NCBI RefSeq assembly: GCF_009914755.1
Contig: NC_060936.1
DNA from: the human T2T-CHM13v2.0 reference genome, Homo sapiens
Strand: one strand, 5' to 3'
Length of the DNA stretch: 64,000 bases
The translations under genes and the position numbers were made by a program. Positions 56,750 to 64,000 of this stretch are shown here, in pieces (positions within the stretch are counted from its first letter, which is position 1; the number at the start of each line of letters is the position of its first letter). The notes below the pieces were generated by a model, which saw nothing but the letters and a program-made list of their open reading frames with translations, was not told the origin of the DNA and did not search any database.

Positions 56750-57046
56750 GGCTGGCCGCGGTAGCTCACACATGTAATCCCAGCACTTTGGGAGGCCAAG
56801 GCGGGTGGATCACGAGGTCAGGAGTTCAAGACCAGCCTGGCCAAGATAGTGAAACCCCGTCTCTACTAAAAATACAAAAATTAGCTGGGCGTGGTGGCAG
56901 GTGCCTGTAATCCCAGCTACTCGAGAGGCTGAGGCAGAGAATTGCTTGAACCCGGGAGGCAGAAGCTGCAGTGAGCTGAGATCACGCCACTGCACTCCAG
57001 CCTGGGCAATGGAGCAAGACTCCATCTCAAAAAAAAAAAAGAAAAA
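56750..57046 (+). mobile_element. AluS inserted in an old MLT1 LTR (~56600-57400)
   Basis: Full Alu; flanks show ttaggatgatttcgttgcaagtaa and tctgattggcccagctt, typical of old MaLR LTRs. Confidence 0.9.
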
Positions 57047-57768
57047 GGGGTCGAAATCACTGTGGAGAGCCTCTAGTTCTCTCTCTCAGTCTGTTTTTGC
57101 TTCTTATAACAATTCAGTGTAGTTTAATCTTCTTTGCATCCAGTGCAACAAAGTAGAAAAATGAACACTACCAATAGCTTTGAGTTATTGGTAGTGTTTC
57201 ATTGTATGACAGTGCATTGAGAGACTCGTTTGAATGGGAGCATTCTGATTGGCCCAGCTTATGTCAGATGTCTTCCTTTGGGCCAATCAGCCGTGGCCGG
57301 GTGACAGGGCCATGTCTTATGAGCATGAGTTCTTCACATTGCAAGCTCTGGTTGGGTCTGTAGATAGTTCCTGGAAAAATTTCCAAGGAATCTGGGGATA
57401 AGTAATATAAAACGTTTCTACCAACACAGCACCAATGAGGCAATATTACAAGATGTAGGACTGGGATAGTCTCACACAAATTTCTGTTTTCTTGGCTTTC
57501 ATTTTCTCAAAAGACAAGAGTCAACCGAACTTCCTTACACATACCGACTCATTATGACAACCCAGGTCATACCAAGGTTATTTCAAGCATAGCTCATTTA
57601 TTCAACAAGCACAGATTGAACACTTAGCCATGTTCCAGATATAGCTTTGAGTTGGCTTCCCTGCAAACCTACTGAAATTGAGAATTAAAATACATAAAAA
57701 GAGCTGCGTGGTAACTGAATGCAATTTTTCCTCAAACTACTACTTCACGATGGAAAACAAAATCCTCA

Positions 57769-57969
<201 letters not shown>

Positions 57970-60637
57970 TTAGAAACAAAAATAAAACACACATTTGCTA
58001 ACAATGGCCCTTCTACACAAGCTAAACAAAATCACACATTTCACCAAGTGGCTTACCTCAAGGCTGTGTAAAAATTTATGACCACAAAAAAGTAATAAAA
58101 ACTTGAATTAAACCCATTACTACAATATACATAAGGAATTACACTTTAAAAGACATTGTTTACTCCATTTCTCCCTCTAAACTGCAGTTTAACTCCCTAA
58201 GTAAATGATGTTTCTACCTTACTGTAATCACATAGAATTCTTGAATTTTTGACATTTTAATTACACTTTTACTTATTCTACATCTTGGAATACTGAGCTA
58301 ATGCCTTTCTCCAAAGTCTTTTATATATTTTCCCATAAACAATGAAACAAAGTTGACATTAAAGTTGACATCGAAAATAAGAATAATTATTATAATGCTT
58401 AATTCACTGAAAGGGAACCTGAAAAAGAGAAAGACAAACGCTTTTCCTTGGTTATAGAACTTCCCCTTTATAATTGCAAAGAGTGTATAGTTAGTCTAGT
58501 TAGATATTGTGCTAGATTATGCAATTATCTATGCTTCTGGGTAGCTTAACTTAAAAAAAGTCAAATTCCCAACAATCACTTAAATAACTGGCAACAGTGT
58601 GGGCTTTTGCCATTTCACTTAGTTACTGAATGTAGTGTCTCACGCAGCTCCATATGAAACTAGCAGTGTCTAAGAAAAAAAGAATATGTAAAGTTTCTGA
58701 CATTATGTAAGTAGGGTGCTTTTCATAGTGAAGATTTTTAGTAGCTCTTCAGCACTAGTGTCAGGCACTCCACTACGCACAATAACATATTTAATTCTTA
58801 TAAACTACTGAGACACATATTTTGCCTTCATTTTATGGAGAAGGAAATTGAACCTTTTAGAGGTCAAGAAACTTGTCGAAGGTCACATTGCTATTAAGAA
58901 TCTTGGTAGAACCCTAATTTGATCCTTAATCAGCCTGACTGATTAATGAATACAGTCTTGTATTCATCTGTTTTTATATCATTGAGACTTCAACTCTATC
59001 AAGAAGTTAGTCCCAATAATTATGGCATCATATAGAGAAAAATACTAAAAAGAGACCCATTAGAGGAATCTCATGATTAGAACAAGAAAACTCCTAGAGC
59101 ATTCTTTCATGACTGTAATATTTGGAATCATCTCTCTGAAAATGTTTGAATCAGGTTGTATATGACATGCTTGGATCAGCAGAAGTTTTCTTAAAAGCTC
59201 TATGTGGCCAGCCTAATTAATGAAACCAAATCTCTCATTTAATCAACTTTTTTGAGCAATTTATGTGTATCTATTAACTTTAAGAAACTTATAAATTAAT
59301 GGAAAATGGATTAAAAACAGGTAGAAATGAAATGAGTATGTGTCTGAATAAGTTATAGGATCAAAGCAGCACTGATTCACTCTGGCTGAAGGTAGGCAAA
59401 ATTATCTCATACTACGCAGTAAGCGTAGTCAGTATCAACTCTACAAATGTAAGACTTTCAAGTGCAAAGACGAAGACTTATTCATCTTTCTATCTCCAAA
59501 TTGGTTGGATGAATAAAATGGCATTTGGACCAGGATATGAAAGTTTAATTCTGGGAAAGTTATTTTTAGCTGAAATGCTAGCTGCCCTAAAGAACAAGTA
59601 TAGAAAATGCTATGGCATGTGCAGAAAATAGCAGGACATCTGATGTGACTGTAGCACTGGATGTAGAATGTAAGAGACAGAGGCTGGTCGGATACAATAG
59701 GGCCAGATCACTGAAATCCCTGAAGATGAGCCTAGGAATTTTGCCTTTGTCCTGTAAACAAGAAAAGCCACTCTGAAAGTGTTTATTTAGAGGTGTGGTA
59801 AAGACAGAGCCAGTGTTTAAGAAAAATAACTCTGGAAAGAAGTAAAGAATGTTTTCTATCCCATTGAGTATTTTGTGAATTTCAAATGAGACAACAAATG
59901 TCAAATGTTTAGAAAAGTGCCTGGTATATGGAAAGTGCTCAATAAATTTAGCCATTGTTATTATTAATTATTATTATTGTTGTAGAGAATCACATGTCAC
60001 AGATAAGACAGCATTTAACATTTGGACATTTAGAGATGGGAAGATAGATTTTCTAAATGAGCAGGCTGAGTATGCACAAATACAGAGGCAGGATAGCAAG
60101 AGCCTGGAGACCCCGTGAGAGGCCTTGGGGAAGTCGGGTGGGTGTGCATGCTTCTGCCTTTCCCTCCTCCCATGGGGCACACTTATCTTTTAGGTCTGTA
60201 GTACGCGTGGCCACTCCTGTGGCTTTACAGAAACCTTATCCGTTTACACATGTTGTCCATTCTTCCACATATTTATGATTATATCTTAAAATCTCTGTAC
60301 AATAATTCCAACACAGGACATATCTGGACCTGGTCTTTCTGACAATGGGTTTTTACTTTCTTGCATTTTAATATATCTCATAGTTTTTTATTGAATTCTG
60401 GATAATGTGTATAGAAAAACAAAAAATGGGTAAAGTACATATTAATCAATAAAACACAGTCCAGTGACACATGTGGATAACCCTGTAATTGAAGTTGACT
60501 AGCTCAAAGCTTGATCAGAAGAAAGAGTTTAAATCCACCAAATAATTGTCCATGGCTTCCTTCCCCATTTTCCAATCCCAAACGGCACTGTCCTCAGATT
60601 TCCATCTAGGAAATTCTGCTACAATTAAGAAAAAAAA

Positions 60638-60983
<346 letters not shown>

Positions 60984-63031
60984 CTAAAGGCTTTAGAGGA
61001 AAAAAAAGAATTTATTATGTAGTCATTAGAGTCGAGAGGATAATTGATCAATGATTGGACTTTAAAAAATGAATTTGGAGACATATTCTCAGAAATTTCA
61101 TACGCTGGCTGAAAATGGTTAAAATCTTATTTTAAATAATGAATTTTACTAAAAACTTAAACCAGCGTTAGAGTTTTTGTAATTGGCTACTAACAAAAAT
61201 TGTTTTCAGTTAGCAGTAATTTGAGTAAAATCGTTCTAATCTTTCTGATTTTACAAAAGTTTAATTATCTTATTCTTGTTCTCATATTTGCCCTATTTTC
61301 ATTTGTCTGAGTCAGAATTTACTGAAGCTGATCCTGGTTCCTGCATCAAAGATTAAACTATGACTTCTTCCTTATACTGAAATTTTAAAAACCTTTCATG
61401 TATATAATTTGGTATTCTTATGTGTCACCCAAATTCTAAATTTAGTGTGAGCATGGGGGCTTCTGCTGTGTAAAATGACTATGAATTTAACCCAAAAGCT
61501 AGTTCTTGACTGCTTGTTGTCTACTAGTCATTTTGCTAGATAGAACATTTTACTAGAAAGATGGGCAGGGATCTGACTAAACTTAAGTATCTCAACCAGT
61601 GAAGGGCTTTAAACTAGAGAGATGTGTGATTATATCTAAAGACAGTATGAAAAATACTGCCCTTTCATCAAAAGGGTAAAATTGTAATATATAACTATAT
61701 ACTATAATGCATTTCTTCCTTAAAACCAAAGAAAAATATCCTATGTATATTATTAGTAGCTTTTAAAATTAATTATTACTATACAAGATTCAAGAATTCT
61801 GAAGTGAAATATTCAATCTGCCACTCTAATATTTTCTCCTTCACTGAAGTCAAAGTGCACTCCTCTCCAGGAAGCATGGTTGTTGAGCTTACCAGCTTAT
61901 CACAGATCACTGGTTTGCCCTTATTAGTCCACCATTACTATATACCGCTAAGAACCTCCCAGATCCCCAGGCTTTCTGAATTCCTTGGTGATTTTATTTT
62001 AAATGTACAGCTTGTGTTTCTAGTTTGACCTTTAAATTAGGCTGACCTTTTTATAGGGAAGGGCTCATCAGGACCACTCATTGCTTTACAGATGTTAAAG
62101 TTTTTCAGAAAGAACGTTCTTGCGCTCTAAGTGTCTTTGAGACAGTAGTATAACTTTTCAGTGGCATTATTTGAGTATTATTTGTGTATTACACACACAT
62201 ACACATTCTATTTTATAGAATCCTAGAACTCTTTAAGCTGGGAAATTTTTAAAAATCAACTTTCTAACTTCCTAATTTTCCTGATAGCAAAACTGAACCC
62301 TAGAGTACTAAATAGATTTGATTGTTAATATAGACACCAAATCTGCAAAACCTCTGAATTTATACTACTCAAACATTTTGTTAATATTATTAACATGATG
62401 ATATAAAATATATACTTTCATTAATCTAAATTGACATGAAAAATAGAAGAAATAAATCAAAACTGAATGACTTTGGCAGGTCATAGACTCAGGTAACCTG
62501 CTAAGATGAGCAAAAATAACTTCTTGTTCACCAAGGACCCACATCCCTGTTTGCAATAACTTCTGTTTTACTTGATCCCACAAAAATGCCCCCTGTGCAT
62601 TGCAAAGTTACAGGGAAAACTGAACCTATCAACCTATAATGTGGCTTTTAATCAATTGTTTACTTGGAGGATAGAAGAAATAGAGGAAGTAAGTCTCATA
62701 GTGCAAGTTTGTATGTCTCAAATCTCAATTATCTACCTGCCACTCAGAGCTGCATGTGGATCCAGGGTGTTCACAGCGCTTCCATAGCCTTAGGCTAGAA
62801 CAAGGGCCCAACCTTGCACCTACACCATGTCTTTACTCCTACCATATCCCTCTGGAACTATTGTTCCAAAGTGGGACAGAAATCAGGCCTCTCACCTCTA
62901 TACTCTAGTGTACTCTGAACAAAGTTGAACTATATGAGCTGTCTTTCAACCCAAGGGAAGCTTTGTCATGAATATTGATTAGCTAAAAGGGCATTTCTGC
63001 CATCTGGTTGGCAGATGAAATGTACAGATCA

Positions 63032-63283
<252 letters not shown>

Positions 63284-64000
63284 CTACATTAGGAAAAAAA
63301 AAGCATTCAGAAAAGTTGTTGATGAAGCTTGATTGTGATCATGGTCCACATCATAAGTGGAGTTATGGTGTCTATAAATTATTTTGCAACTTAAAGGAGT
63401 CGAAACATAAAGCATGAATATTTAGCAAGGATAATACAGGATTCAGTGGCATGTTCATTAACCCCATATATTTTTAGGTCTTAATCCTCCCTTTCAGTGA
63501 TGGAGCAGATTTTTTATATCCACAGAAGAATAAATACTAATATTAATAACAGGTAATGAATATTAATAAATAAATGGAATAAATGCAAAGTAGGCACTCA
63601 AAAAATATTTATTTAAGAATAAATAAATTCTTAAAGATATCACTGAACAGCTGAATCAATTGGGACCACTTACTTATAAGCTTATTTTTAAAAAACTACT
63701 TAAATTTTTTTTAATTGACTAGACTTGTGTTTATTTATAGTATATATTTTGATATTTACTAAAGAAATGGCCAGGAAGAGACTTGAAAATGCCTTGTATA
63801 TTTGTAGTGGCCCAATTATGGAGAAGCAAATGTTGCCTAAAACTATTTAACAATCATAATGAAAAAAAAATGCATATGAAGAAAAAGTGACTTTTACAAT
63901 ATCATTTTTTTCTAATAGATAATTACTTGGATTTTCAATGACTTGAAAACTCTAAAAGCATACAATGATTTTCATGTATATATTTGCATATTTGATTTTG

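Overview
Human genomic DNA, recognised from the translated exons as the chr12p12.1 GOLT1B-SPX-GYS2 locus. It contains: (1) the last two coding exons and long 3'UTR of GOLT1B (+); (2) the complete six-exon spexin precursor gene SPX/C12orf39 (+; 351-nt CDS, 116 aa, assembled by hand with GT-AG junctions) with an intragenic CpG island; (3) 13 coding exons (exons 4-16, 1617 nt) of liver glycogen synthase GYS2 (-), convergent with SPX. The rest is intronic or intergenic DNA with Alu, L1, L2/MIR, MaLR/ERV LTR and DNA-transposon relics; repeat family names are by-eye calls. I see no wholly new gene system that I can support. The best leads are: a cryptic GYS2 terminal exon that would replace the C-terminal phospho-tail and run antisense into the SPX 3' region; in-frame skipping of SPX exon 4, which would give the identical 14-mer without its amide-donor Gly; a perfect C/EBP-ATF element plus uORFs at the SPX 5' end; a 36-bp near-perfect hairpin downstream of GOLT1B; a tandemly duplicated GYS2 poly(A) cassette; and two templated-insertion scars in MER63 relics.
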